The position numbers were made by a program, and so were the translations under genes. A stretch of 64,000 nucleotides of DNA from Tubulanus polymorphus (Eukaryota > Animalia > Nemertea): positions 2,398,778 through 2,462,777 of the forward strand of contig NC_134030.1 of assembly GCF_964204645.1 (NCBI RefSeq). Reading direction: 5' to 3'. Shown in pieces: positions 50,600 through 63,676 of this stretch (the first letter of the stretch is position 1; every line of letters begins with the position of its first letter). Below the pieces are notes generated by a model that saw only the letters and a program-made list of their open reading frames with translations, made no database searches and had not been told where the DNA came from.

Positions 50600-51304
50600 A
50601 TGGAATATTTCCTTGGCGGTGTCGTAGCTGTGGTCGCAGCTCCTTTTGTTCTACCAGCGATTGGTTTTACAGCTGCTGGAATCACTGCTGGGTCCGCCGC
50701 TGCATCGATGATGTCAGCAGCTGCAGTGGCTAACGGTGGTGCAGTAGCTGCGGGAAGTACGGTAGCCGTTCTTCAGTCGGCTGGTGCAGCAGGTACGTAT
50801 GATTCTGAAAATAATGCATATTAACCGTTACAATACCATTTCAGACTGATTTAATGCTGTTTTAGAAAATCGCGGAAATAAAAACTAGTCTGAAACGGTT
50901 TCTTATAGTTTCAACTTTTCGATTACTGTTTATAGTCAATTTTAGAATATTCCTGAAGATGACCTTAATAAGCAGGGTCCGATCTAAGGAATGAAATCCA
51001 CTTGCCCGGGTGGCAAGCATATCTGAAATTTCGCTTGTTCACAGACAGTCCGATTGGTGGCACTAGGATATAGTCAAAACTTTGAAAAACGTATACAAAA
51101 CATTACCTCAGCAATAAAACCTCCGAAGTTCGAAATCGTCGTTTCTTTTGAGTGTGGAATTTATTACGTGAAGACATTTTGATTTTAATTTGATATGCAT
51201 GTTTTTCAGGTCTTGGTTTAGCGGCTAATGCGGTGGCTGGTGTTACCGGTGCATCGGCTGTTAAAGCTGCAGAGCTTGCTCTGGATATCGTGAATGGTGA
51301 TTAG
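50600..51304 (+). CDS. IFI27: ISG12/IFI27-like protein copy B3 (Phe at residue 4); exons 50600-50792 + 51210-51304
   Basis: Near-identical to B1; intact splice sites and stop codon. Confidence 0.9.
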
Positions 51305-52897
51305 TTTAAATGTCTAACACCTGTTATCTTTAACTAGTTTCCTTGTCGCAGGGGCGGATTTGATGGTGCTCTCGGGGATCCAGACCTCTTTCTTCCCGTT
51401 GAGGTTGTTCTTTGTGTCAAGACAAAAAATCTTTCTGCAAATTTGACACTCATTCTCTCAAAAAACTACAATCTTTCGGACGTATTTCTTCACAAATAAA
51501 ACCAAGGGCGGAACCACGTGGAACCCCAGTAGAGGCTTTTAACTTCACTGCTTTAAACCAGAAATATGAATTTTCATCCGACCCTGTCTTCAAATTATTT
51601 TTTAAGATCCGCCCCTGCGTCCATTGAATCATCGGATTAAATCAGCGATGATGAAATAAAATGTAATTAAAAAATCACTTTGTACAAATTTAAACTCTAA
51701 AAAAATCGAATTCTATTAAATCAAAAGATCATTAAATCGAAAAAAAACACGATTATTAATCCGACCCTCACTATTTAAAGATCCTTGTCCGTGTATTTCT
51801 TATTCATTATAACGTGTAATTTAATTCAATAAATTGAAGCGAACAAAGTGAAATAAAGGTTTTCGATTTAGTTGTATCTCAAACCTGTATTCTAAAAACA
51901 CATCACGTAATTTCTACGAAATATGTTTTAAAAACGTGTCCTGGCCGTGTATCAGCGATCCCCCTTTGAACATACCCCATATCTGTTCACATCAAACACG
52001 ACTAAACGAGGAAGTCAATTATGTTTCTCATTTACTGAATGTAATTATAACTACGTATGAAGGATCACGTGATGGAGAACGGCGAACGCTTGAAACTCGT
52101 TTTGTCTTAGTTTACTGAACGGAAAGTCGTCATCATCATCAAATTCACGGACGGAAGGAGGCCTGGTGGTGGCCTATTGGTGTCCGGCTCGTTTGTTGAT
52201 TAGTATTGGTTTAGGTGACAGGGTTTCCATAAAAAGCTCTCTCACTTAATGATATTTCATTACAAATAATTGGTATATTTATTCATTACTAAAACAATAA
52301 ATTGTTTATAGAGTTGATTAGTTGAATTTTATAAAAGTCTGATCAGTCATAATTAACAGTTTTGGCGTAGTTAATTTGATAAGTCATACACGCTTGATTT
52401 CTAGCCATTTTGTAGATTATCTACCAGGAGAAGGTTTTATTCGGTCCATAAATACGAGTGTTATTCGTGTTGTTCGTGTTGTTCTGAAAAGGTAAAGGAA
52501 GTGCTTGTGGCCCAAGGTGAACGTATCGGCAACCTCTATGGAGGTACCAGGATGAATCCCGCCGACATTGTACCACGTTGTATTAAGTCGAATTGAAAAT
52601 CGCCTGCGGAGTATGCGGGAGTACTTGGCGTTTACGTCCGGCTTTTAGGGGTAACTTGCGTAGGAAATTGTTTGATAAAAAGTATCCGTAACTTATAGAA
52701 GTTTAAAAGTTGCGCTATTGCTATCGCTATTACTAATAGCCACCGGAATGGTGACGGTTATTTCTTTTTTTTTTGTCGTGTAAATCGAATCGTGTACGAT
52801 GACGGCAAACTGTAAGAAATTCAACACTGACTTTAAAAAATTCAACGCAAACTTTTGAAAAATTCATCTTGGTTATAGAATTAAAAACTAACTGTAC

Positions 52898-53325
52898 GAT
52901 TGTGAGTTGGTTGTAAGATTGTGAGTTGGTTGTAAGATTGTGAGTTGGTTGTAAGATTGTGAGTTGGTTGTAAGATTGCGAGTTGGTTGTAAGATTGTGA
53001 GTTGGTTGTAAGATAGCGAGTTGGTTGTAAGATTGCGAGTTGGTTGTAAGATTGTGAGTTGGTTGTAAGATTGTGAGTTGATTGTAAGATTGTGAGTTGG
53101 TTGTAAGATTGTGAGTTGGTTGTAAGATTGTGAGTTGATTATAAGATTGTGAGTTGATTATAAGATTGTGAGTTGATTATAAGATTGTGAGTTGGTTGTA
53201 AGATTGTGAGTTGGTTGTAAGATTGTGAGTTGGTTGTAAGATTGTGAGTTGGTTGTAAGATTGTGAGTTGGTTGTAAGATTGTGAGTTGGTTGTAAGATT
53301 GTGAGTTGGTTGTAAGATTGCGAGT
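52898..53325 (+). repeat. 19-bp minisatellite, 22 units
   Basis: 418 bp = 22 x 19. Confidence 0.97.
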
Positions 53326-54222
53326 ACGTTGTTAAAAATGCGATGTAGAGTTTTTGCTAGGATGGCGTTCCATAAACCCCCTCCCTTCCTAGAGCCTTTA
53401 GAACGCCTAGTTATAGCGCAGTACTGTATTGAACGTAATAGTACTATGTGTACTGTCCAGTTATAGTTCGATCGCGGGATTTTCCCGATTCCTCGTATCG
53501 AAACCTCGCCTTTCCCGATTCCTCGTATCGAAACCTCGCCTTTCCCGATTCCTCGTATCGAAACTTGCCACGTACCCCATATGATTAAATCAACGGCTTC
53601 TTCCCGATACGCAATACGTTTTAAGACTCATTTCTGTGATTAAACAGCACGAAGTTTAAGATTAAGGTAAGATAAAAGTTTGGACATTTTCGAAATATAC
53701 ACATTGGACAACGGCTCAATCTGTTTGATATTTAAGCGGAGAGCTTTTTAGCCACTTCTTGTCCGTTCACTCAGTTTGACTGTCAGTACCGGTTCGGTGT
53801 GGTCAGACGGTATTAGTTTTAAACACACTATGGACTGTTTTTATATTTGGTTTAGTGTTCATGTTGTAATTTATAACATATTCTATGATTGTGGTGAATT
53901 TCACTGCTAAAATAATAATTCTCTGAATTTGTTTACCATCGTTGAATATGGAAATATGGGCTGGACTGTCAAGCAATTCACATAAGCATCAATGGTTTCC
54001 CTGAACCCCTACTGATTGTTACCTGAGATGCCTCGAGGTGTTACTATAACTACATGGTCTCCCGTGCAACGTTTTGATGCCCAATTTTGTTAATAATCAA
54101 TTGTGCTAACTTCGTATATCGTTGATAATGAAAAGAAAAACAAGTTTTTCTGAACAATTTGATAAACGCAGGTCAACTGAACGAAATAACTGATCAAAAA
54201 ATCGCATTCAATTAATTTCAGA

Positions 54223-54928
54223 ATGGAATATATCCTTGGCGGTGTCGTAGCTGTGGTCGCAGCTCCTTTTGTTCTACCAGCGATTGGTTTTACAGCTGCT
54301 GGAATCACTGCTGGGTCCGCCGCTGCATCGATGATGTCAGCAGCTGCAGTGGCTAACGGTGGTGCAGTAGCTGCGGGAAGTACGGTAGCCGTTCTTCAGT
54401 CGGCTGGTGCAGCAGGTACGTATGATTCTGAAAATAATGCATATTAACCGTTACAATACCATTTCAGACTGATTTAATGCTGTTTTAGAAAATCGCGGAA
54501 ATAAAAACTAGTCTGAAACGGTTTCTTATAGTTTCAACTTTTCGATTACTCTTTATAGTCAATCTTAGATATATTCCTGAAGATGACCTTAATAAGCAGG
54601 GTCCGATCTAAGGAATGAAATCCACTTGCCCGGGTGGCAATCATATCTGAAATTTCGCTTGTTCACAGACAGTCCGATTGGTGGCACTAGGATATAGTCA
54701 AAACTTTGAAAAACGTATACAAAACATTACCTCAGCAATAAAACCTCCGAAGTTCGAAATCGTCGTTTCTTTTGAGTGTGGAATTTATTACGTGAAGACA
54801 TTTTGATTTTAATTTGATATGCATGTTTTTCAGGTCTTGGTTTAGCGGCTAATGCGGTGGCTGGTGTTACCGGTGCATCGGCTGTTAAAGCTGCAGAGCT
54901 TGCTCTGGATATCGTGAATGGTGATTAG
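54223..54928 (+). CDS. IFI27: ISG12/IFI27-like protein copy B4; exons 54223-54415 + 54834-54928
   Basis: Near-identical to B1; intact splice sites and stop codon. Confidence 0.9.
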
Positions 54929-56519
54929 TTTAAATGTCTAACACCTGTTATCTTTAACTAGTTTCCTTGTCGCAGGGGCGGATTTGATGGTGCTCTCGGG
55001 GATCCAGACCTCTTTCTTCCCGTTGAGGTTGTTCTTTGTGTCAAGACAAAAAATCTTTCTGCAAATTTGACACTCATTCTCTCAAAAAACTACAATCTTT
55101 CGGACGTATTTCTTCACAAATAAAACCAAGGGCGGAACCACGTGGAACCCCAGTAGAGGCTTTTAACTTCACTGCTTTAAACCAGAAATATGAATTCTCA
55201 TCCGACCCTGTCTTCAAATTATTTTTTAAGATCCGCCCCTGCGTCCATTGAATCATCGGATTAAATCAGCGATGATGAAATAAAATGTAATTAAAAAATC
55301 ACTTTGTACAAATTTAAACTCTAAAAAAATCGAATTCTATTAAATCAAAAGATCATTAAATCGAAAAAAAACACGATTATTAATCCGACCCTCACTATTT
55401 AAAGATCCTTGTCCGTGTATTTCTTATTCATTATAACGTGTAATTTAATTCAATAAATTGAAGCAAACAAAGTGAAATAAAGGTTTTCGATTTAGTTGTA
55501 TCTCAAACCTGTATTCTAAAAACACATCACGTAATTTCTACGAAATATGTTTTAAAAACGTGTCCTGGCCGTGTATCAGCGATCTCCCTTTGAACATACC
55601 CCATATCTGTTCACATCAAACACGACTAAACGAGGAAGTCAATTATGTTTCTCATTTACTGAATGTAATTATAACTACGTATGAAGGATCACGTGATGGA
55701 GAACGGCGAACGCTTGAAACTCGTTTTGTCTTAGTTTACTGAACGGAAAGTCGTCATCATCATCAAATTCACGGACGGAAGGAGGCCTGGTGGTGGCCTA
55801 TTGGTGTCCGGCTCGTTTGTTGATTAGTATTGGTTTAGGTGACAGGGTTTCCATAAAAAGCTCTCTCACTTAATGATATTTCATTACAAATAATTGGTAT
55901 ATTTATTCATTACTAAAACAATAAATTGTTTATAGAGTTGATTAGTTGAATTTTATAAAAGTCTGATCAGTCATAATTAACAGTTTTGGCGTAGTTAATT
56001 TGATAAGTCATACACGCTTGATTTCTAGCCATTTTGTAGATTATCTACCAGGAGAAGGTTTTATTCGGTCCATAAATACGAGTGTTATTCGTGTTGTTCG
56101 TGTTGTTCTGAAAAGGTAAAGGAAGTGCTTGTGGCCCAAGGTGAACGTATCGGCAACCTCTATGGAGGTACCAGGATGAATCCCGCCGACATTGTACCAC
56201 GTTGTATTAAGTCGAATTGAAAATCGCCTGCGGAGTATGCGGGAGTACTTGGCGTTAACGTCCGGCTTTTAGGGGTAACTTGCGTAGGAAATTGTTTGAT
56301 AAAAAGTATCCGTAACTTATAGAAGTTTAAAAGTTGCGCTATTGCTATCGCTATTACTAATAGCCACCGGAATGGTGACGGTTATTTCTTTTTTTTGTCG
56401 TGTAAATCGAATCGTGTACGATGACGGCAAACTGTAAGAAATTCAACACTGACTTTAAAAAATTCAACGCAAACTTTTGAAAAATTCATCTTGGTTATAG
56501 AATTAAAAACTAACTGTAC

Positions 56520-56795
56520 GATTGTGAGTTGGTTGTAAGATTGTGAGTTGATTGTAAGATTGTGAGTTGGTTGTAAGATTGTGAGTTGATTGTAAGATTG
56601 TGAGTTGGTTGTAAGATTGTGAGTTGGTTGTAAGATTGTGAGTTGATTGTAAGATTGTGAGTTGATTGTAAGATTGTGAGTTGGTTGTAAGATTGTGAGT
56701 TGGTTGTAAGATAGCGAGTTGGTTGTAAGATTGTGAGTTGGTTGTAAGATTGTGAGTTGGTTGTAAGATTGTGAGTTGGTTGTAAGATTGCGAGT
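56520..56795 (+). repeat. 19-bp minisatellite, 14 units
   Basis: 266 bp = 14 x 19. Confidence 0.97.
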
Positions 56796-57692
56796 ACGTT
56801 GTTAAAAATGCGATGTAGAGTTTTTGCTAGGATGGCGTTCCATAAACCCCCTCCCTTCCTAGAGCCTTTAGAACGCCTAGTTATAGCGCAGTACTGTATT
56901 GAACGTAATAGTACTATGTGTACTGTCCAGTTATAGTTCGATCGCGGGATTTTCCCGATTCCTCGTATCGAAACCTCGCCTTTCCCGATTCCTCGTATCG
57001 AAACCTCGCCTTTCCCGATTCCTCGTATCGAAACTTGCCACGTACCCCATATGATTAAATCAACGGCTTCTTCCCGAGACGCAATACGTTTTAAGACTCA
57101 TTTCTGTGATTAAACAGCACGAAGTTTAAGATTAAGGTAAGATAAAAGTTTGGACATTTTCGAAATATACACATTGGACAACGGCTCAATCTGTTTGATA
57201 TTTAAGCGGAGAGCTTTTTAGCCACTTCTTGTCCGTTCACTCAGTTTGACTGTCAGTACCGGTTCGGTGTGGTCAGACGGTATTAGTTTTAAACACACTA
57301 TGGACTGTTTTTATATTTGGTTTAGTGTTCATGTTGTAATTTATAACATATTCTATGATTGTGGTGAATTTCACTGCTAAAATAATAATTCTCTGAATTT
57401 GTTTACCATCGTTGAATATGGAAATATGGACTGGACTGTCAAGCAATTCACATAAGCATCAATGGTTTCCCTGAACCCCTACTGATTGTTACCTGAGATG
57501 TCTCGAGGTGTTACTATAACTACATGGTCTCCCGTGCAACGTTTTGATGCCCAATTTTGTTAATAATCAATTGTGCTAACTTCGTATATCGTTGATAATG
57601 AAAAGAAAAACAAGTTTTTCTGAACAATTTGATAAACGCAGGTCAACTGAACGAAATAACAGATCAAAAAATCGCATTCAATTAATTTCAGA

Positions 57693-58399
57693 ATGGAATA
57701 TATCCTTGGCGGTGTCGTAGCTGTGGTCGCAGCTCCTTTTGTTCTACCAGCGATTGGTTTTACAGCTGCTGGAATCACTGCTGGGTCCGCCGCTGCATCG
57801 ATGATGTCAGCAGCTGCAGTGGCTAACGGTGGTGCTGTAGCTGCAGGAAGTACGGTAGCCGTTCTTCAGTCGGCTGGTGCAGCAGGTACGTATGATTCTG
57901 AAAATAATGCATATTAACCGTTACAATACCATTTCAGACTGATTTAATGCTGATTTAGAAAATCGCGGAAATAAAAACTAGTCTGAAACGGTTTCTTATA
58001 GTTTCAACTTTTCGATTCGATTTATTATAGTCAATCTTAGAATATTCCTGAAGATGACCTTAATAAGCAGGGTCCGATCTAAGGAATGAAATCCACTTGC
58101 CCGGGTGGCAAGCATATCTGAAATTTCGCTTGTTCACAGACAGTCCGATTGGTGGCACTAGGATATAGTCAAAACTTTGAAAAACGTATACAAAACATTA
58201 CCTCAGCAATAAAACCTCCGAAGTTCGAAATCGTCGTTTCTTTTGAGTGTGGAATTTATTACGTGAAGACATTTTGATTTTAATTTGATATGCATGTTTT
58301 TCAGGTCTTGGTTTAGCGGCTAATGCGGTGGCTGGTGTTACCGGTGCATCGGCTGTTAAAGCTGCAGAGCTTGCTCTGGATATCGTGAATGGTGATTAG
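57693..58399 (+). CDS. IFI27: ISG12/IFI27-like protein copy B5; exons 57693-57885 + 58305-58399
   Basis: Near-identical to B1 with two synonymous Ala changes; intact splice sites and stop codon. Confidence 0.9.
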
Positions 58400-59988
58400 T
58401 TTAAATGTCTAACACCTGTTATCTTTAACTAGTTTCCTTGTCGCAGGGGCGGATTTGATGGTGCTCTCGGGGATCCAGACCTCTTTCTTCCCGTTGAGGT
58501 TGTTCTTTGTGTCAAGACAAAAAATCTTTCTGCAAATTTGACACTCATTCTCTCAAAAAACTACAATCTTTCGGACGTATTTCTTCACAAATAAAACCAA
58601 GGGCGGAACCACGTGGAACCCCAGTAGAGGCTTTTAGCTTCACTGCTTTAAACCAGAAATATGAATTTTCATCCGACCCTGTCTTCAAATTATTTTTTAA
58701 GATCCGCCCCTGCGTCCATTGAATCATCGGATTAAATCAGCGATGATGAAATAAAATGTAATTAAAAAATCACTTTGTACAAATTTAAACTCTAAAAAAA
58801 TCGAATTCTATTAAATCAAAAGATCATTAAATCGAAAAAAAACACGATTATTAATCCGACCCTCACTATTTAAAGATCCTTGTCCGTGTATTTCTTATTC
58901 ATTATAACGTGTAATTTAATTCAATAAATTGAAGCAAACAAAGTGAAATAAAGGTTTTCGATTTAGTTGTATCTCAAACCTGTATTCTAAAAACACATCA
59001 CGTAATTTCTACGAAATATGTTTTAAAAACGTGTCCTGGCCGTGTATCAGCGATCCCCCTTTGAACATACCCCATATCTGTTCACATCAAACACGACTAA
59101 ACGAGGAAGTCAATTATGTTTCTCATTTACTGAATGTAATTATAACTACGTATGAAGGATCACGTGATGGAGAACGGCGAACGCTTGAAACTCGTTTTGT
59201 CTTAGTTTACTGAACGGAAAGTCGTCATCATCATCAAATTCACGGACGGAAGGAGGCCTGGTGGTGGCCTATTGGTGTCCGGCTCGTTTGTTGATTAGTA
59301 TTGGTTTAGGTGACAGGGTTTCCATAAAAAGCTCTCTCACTTAATGATATTTCATTACAAATAATTGGTATATTTATTCATTACTAAAACAATAAATTGT
59401 TTATAGAGTTGATTAGTTGAATTTTATAAAAGTCTGATCAGTCATAATTAACAGTTTTGGCGTAGTTAATTTGATAAGTCATACACGCTTGATTTCTAGC
59501 CATTTTGTAGATTATCTACCAGGAGAAGGTTTTATTCGGTCCATAAATACGAGTGTTATTCGTGTTGTTCGTGTTGTTCTGAAAAGGTAAAGGAAGTGCT
59601 TGTGGCCCAAGGTGAACGTATCGGCAACCTCTATGGAGGTACCAGGATGAATCCCGCCGACATTGTACCACGTTGTATTAAGTCGAATTGAAAATCGCCT
59701 GCGGAGTATGCGGGAGTACTTGGCGTTAACGTCCGGCTTTTAGGGGTAACTTGCGTAGGAAATTGTTTGATAAAAAGTATCCGTAACTTATAGAAGTTTA
59801 AAAGTTGCGCTATTGCTATCGCTATTACTAATAGCCACCGGAATGGTGACGGTTATTTCTTTTTTTTGTCGTGTAAATCGAATCGTGTACGATGACGGCA
59901 AACTGTAAGAAATTCAACACTGACTTTAAAAAATTCAACGCACTTTTGAAAAATTCATCTTGGTTATAGAATTAAAAACTAACTGTAC

Positions 59989-60264
59989 GATTGTGAGTTG
60001 GTTGTAAGATTGTGAGTTGATTGTAAGATTGTGAGTTGGTTGTAAGATTGTGAGTTGGTTGTAAGATTGTGAGTTGGTTATAAGATTGCGAGTTGATTGT
60101 AAGATTGTGAGTTGGTTGTAAGATTGTGAGTTGGTTGTAAGATTGTGAGTTGGTTGTAAGATTGTGAGTTGATTGTAAGATTGTGAGTTGATTATAAGAT
60201 TGTGAGTTGATTATAAGATTGTGAGTTGGTTGTAAGATTGTGAGTTGGTTGTAAGATTGCGAGT
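59989..60264 (+). repeat. 19-bp minisatellite, 14 units
   Basis: 266 bp = 14 x 19. Confidence 0.97.
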
Positions 60265-61159
60265 ACGTTGTTAAAAATGCGATGTAGAGTTTTTGCTAGG
60301 ATGGCGTTCCATAAACCCTCCCTTCCTAGAGCCTTTAGAACGCCTAGTTATAGCGCAGTACTGTATTGAACGTAATAGTACTATGTGTACTGTCCAGTTA
60401 TAGTTCGATCGCGGGATTTTCCCGATTCCTCGTATCGAAACCTCGCCTTTCCCGATTCCTCGTATCGAAACCTCGCCTTTCCCGATTCCTCGTATCGAAA
60501 CTTGCCACGTACCCCATATGATTAAATCAACGGCTTCTTCCCGAGACGCAATACCTTTTAAGACTCATTTCTGTGATTAAACAGCACGAAGTTTAAGATT
60601 AAGGTAAGATAAAAGTTTGGACATTTTCGAAATATACACATTGGACAACGGCTCAATCTGTTTGATATTTAAGCGGAGAGCTTTTTAGCCACTTCTTGTC
60701 CGTTCACTCAGTTTGACTGTCAGTACCGGTTCGGTGTGGTCAGACGGTATTAGTTTTAAACACACTATGGACTGTTTTTATATTTGGTTTAGTGTTCATG
60801 TTGTAATTTATAACATATTCTATGATTGTGGTGAATTTCACTGCTAAAATAATAATTCTCTGAATTTGTTCACCATCGTTGAATATGGAAATATGGGCTG
60901 GACTGTCAAGCAATTCACATAAGCATCAATGGCTTATGTGAACCCCTACTGATTGTTACCTGAGATGTCTCGAGGTGTTACTATAACTACATGGTCTCCC
61001 GTGCAACGTTTTGATGCCCAATTTTGTTAATAATCAATTGTGCTAACTTCGTATATCGTTGATAATGAAAAGAAAAACAAGTTTTTCTGAACAATTTGAT
61101 AAACGCAGGTCAACTGAACGAAATAACTGATCAAAAAATCGCATTCAATTAATTTCAGA

Positions 61160-61866
61160 ATGGAATATATCCTTGGCGGTGTCGTAGCTGTGGTCGCAGC
61201 TCCTTTTGTTCTACCAGCGATTGGTTTTACAGCTGCTGGAATCACTGCTGGGTCCGCCGCTGCATCGATGATGTCAGCAGCTGCAGTGGCTAACGGTGGT
61301 GCTGTAGCTGCGGGAAGTACGGTAGCCGTTCTTCAGTCGGCTGGTGCAGCAGGTACGTATGATTCTGAAAATAATGCATATTAACCGTTACAATACCATT
61401 TCAGACTGATTTAATGCTGATTTAGAAAATCGCGGAAATAAAAACTAGTCTGAAACGGTTTCTTATAGTTTCAACTTTTCGATTACTCTTTATAGTCAAT
61501 CTTAGATATATTCCTGAAGATGACCTTAATAAGCAGGGTCCGATCTAGGGAATGAAATACCACTTGCCCGGGTGGCAAGCATATCTGAAATTTCGCTTGT
61601 TCACAGACAGTCCGATTGGTGGCACTAGGATATAGTCAAAACTTTGAAAAACGTATACAAAACATTACCTCAGCAATAAAACCTCCGAAGTTCGAAATCG
61701 TCGTTTCTTTTGAGTGTGGAATTTATTACGTGAAGACATTTTGATTTTAATTTGATATGCATGTTTTTCAGGTCTTGGTTTAGCGGCTAATGCGGTGGCT
61801 GGTGTTACCGGTGCATCGGCTGTTAAAGCTGCAGAGCTTGCTCTGGATATCGTGAATGGTGATTAG
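61160..61866 (+). CDS. IFI27: ISG12/IFI27-like protein copy B6; exons 61160-61352 + 61772-61866
   Basis: Near-identical to B1 with one synonymous Ala change; intact splice sites and stop codon. Confidence 0.9.
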
Positions 61867-63457
61867 TTTAAATGTCTAACACCTGTTATCTTTAACTAGT
61901 TTCCTTGTCGCAGGGGCGGATTTGATGGTGCTCTCGGGGATCCAGACCTCTTTCTTCCCGTTGAGGTTGTTCTTTGTGTCAAGACAAAAAATCTTTCTGC
62001 AAATTTGACACTCATTCTCTCAAAAAACTACAATCTTTCGGACGTATTTCTTCACAAATAAAACCAAGGGCGGAACCACGTGGAACCCCAGTAGAGGCTT
62101 TTAACTTCACTGCTTTAAACCAGAAATATGAATTTTCATCCGACCCTGTCTTCAAATTATTTTTTAAGATCCGCCCCTGCGTCCATTGAATCATCGGATT
62201 AAATCAGCGATGATGAAATAAAATGTAATTAAAAAATCACTTTGTACAAATTTAAACTCTAAAAAAATCGAATTCTATTAAATCAAAAGATCATTAAATC
62301 GAAAAAAAACACGATTATTAATCCGACCCTCACTATTTAAAGATCCTTGTCCGTGTATTTCTTATTCATTATAACGTGTAATTTAATTCAATAAATTGAA
62401 GCAAACAAAGTGAAATAAAGGTTTTCGATTTAGTTGTATCTCAAACCTGTATTCTAAAAACACATCACGTAATTTCTACGAAATATGTTTTAAAAACGTG
62501 TCCTGGCCGTGTATCAGCGATCCCCCTTTGAACATACCCCATATCTGTTCACATCAAACACGACTAAACGAGGAAGTCAATTATGTTTCTAATTTACTGA
62601 ATGTAATTATAACTACGTATGAAGGATCACGTGATGGAGAACGGCGAACGCTTGAAACTCGTTTTGTCTTAGTTTACTGAACGGAAAGTCGTCATCATCA
62701 TCAAATTCACGGACGGAAGGAGGCCTGGTGGTGGCCTATTGGTGTCCGGCTCGTTTGTTGATTAGTATTGGTTTAGGTGACAGGGTTTCCATAAAAAGCT
62801 CTCTCACTTAATGATATTTCATTACAAATAATTGGTATATTTATTCATTACTAAAACAATAAATTGTTTATAGAGTTGATTAGTTGAATTTTATAAAAGT
62901 CTGATCAGTCATAATTAACAGTTTTGGCGTAGTTAATTTGATAAGTCATACACGCTTGATTTCTAGCCATTTTGTAGATTATCTACCAGGAGAAGGTTTT
63001 ATTCGGTCCATAAATACGAGTGTTATTCGTGTTGCTCGTGTTGTTCTGAAAAGGTAAAGGAAGTGCTTGTGGCCCAAGGTGAACGTATCGGCAACCTCTA
63101 TGGAGGTACCAGGATGAATCCCGCCGACATTGTACCACGTTGTATTAAGTCGAATTGAAAATCGCCTGCGGAGTATGCGGGAGTACTTGGCGTTAACGTC
63201 CGGCTTTTAGGGGTAACTTGCGTAGGAAATTGTTTGATAAAAAGTATCCGTAACTTATAGAAGTTTAAAAGTTGCGCTATTGCTATCGCTATTACTAATA
63301 GCCACCGGAATGGTGACGGTTATTTCTTTTTTTTGTTGTGTAAATCGAATCGTGTACGATGACGGCAAACTGTAAGAAATTCAACACTGACTTTAAAAAA
63401 TTCAACGCAAACTTTTGAAAAATTCATCTTGGTTATAGAATTAAAAACTAACTGTAC

Positions 63458-63676
63458 GATTGTGAGTTGGTTGTAAGATTGTGAGTTGATTGTAAGATTG
63501 TGAGTTGGTTGTAAGATTGTGAGTTGGTTGTAAGATTGTGAGTTGGTTGTAAGATAGCGAGTTGGTTGTAAGATTGTGAGTTGGTTGTAAGAGTGTGAGT
63601 TGGTTGTAAGATTGTGAGTTGGTTGTAAGATTGTGAGTTGGTTGTAAGATTGTGAGTTGGTTGTAAGATTGCGAGT
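63458..63676 (+). repeat. 19-bp minisatellite, 11 units
   Basis: 209 bp = 11 x 19. Confidence 0.97.
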
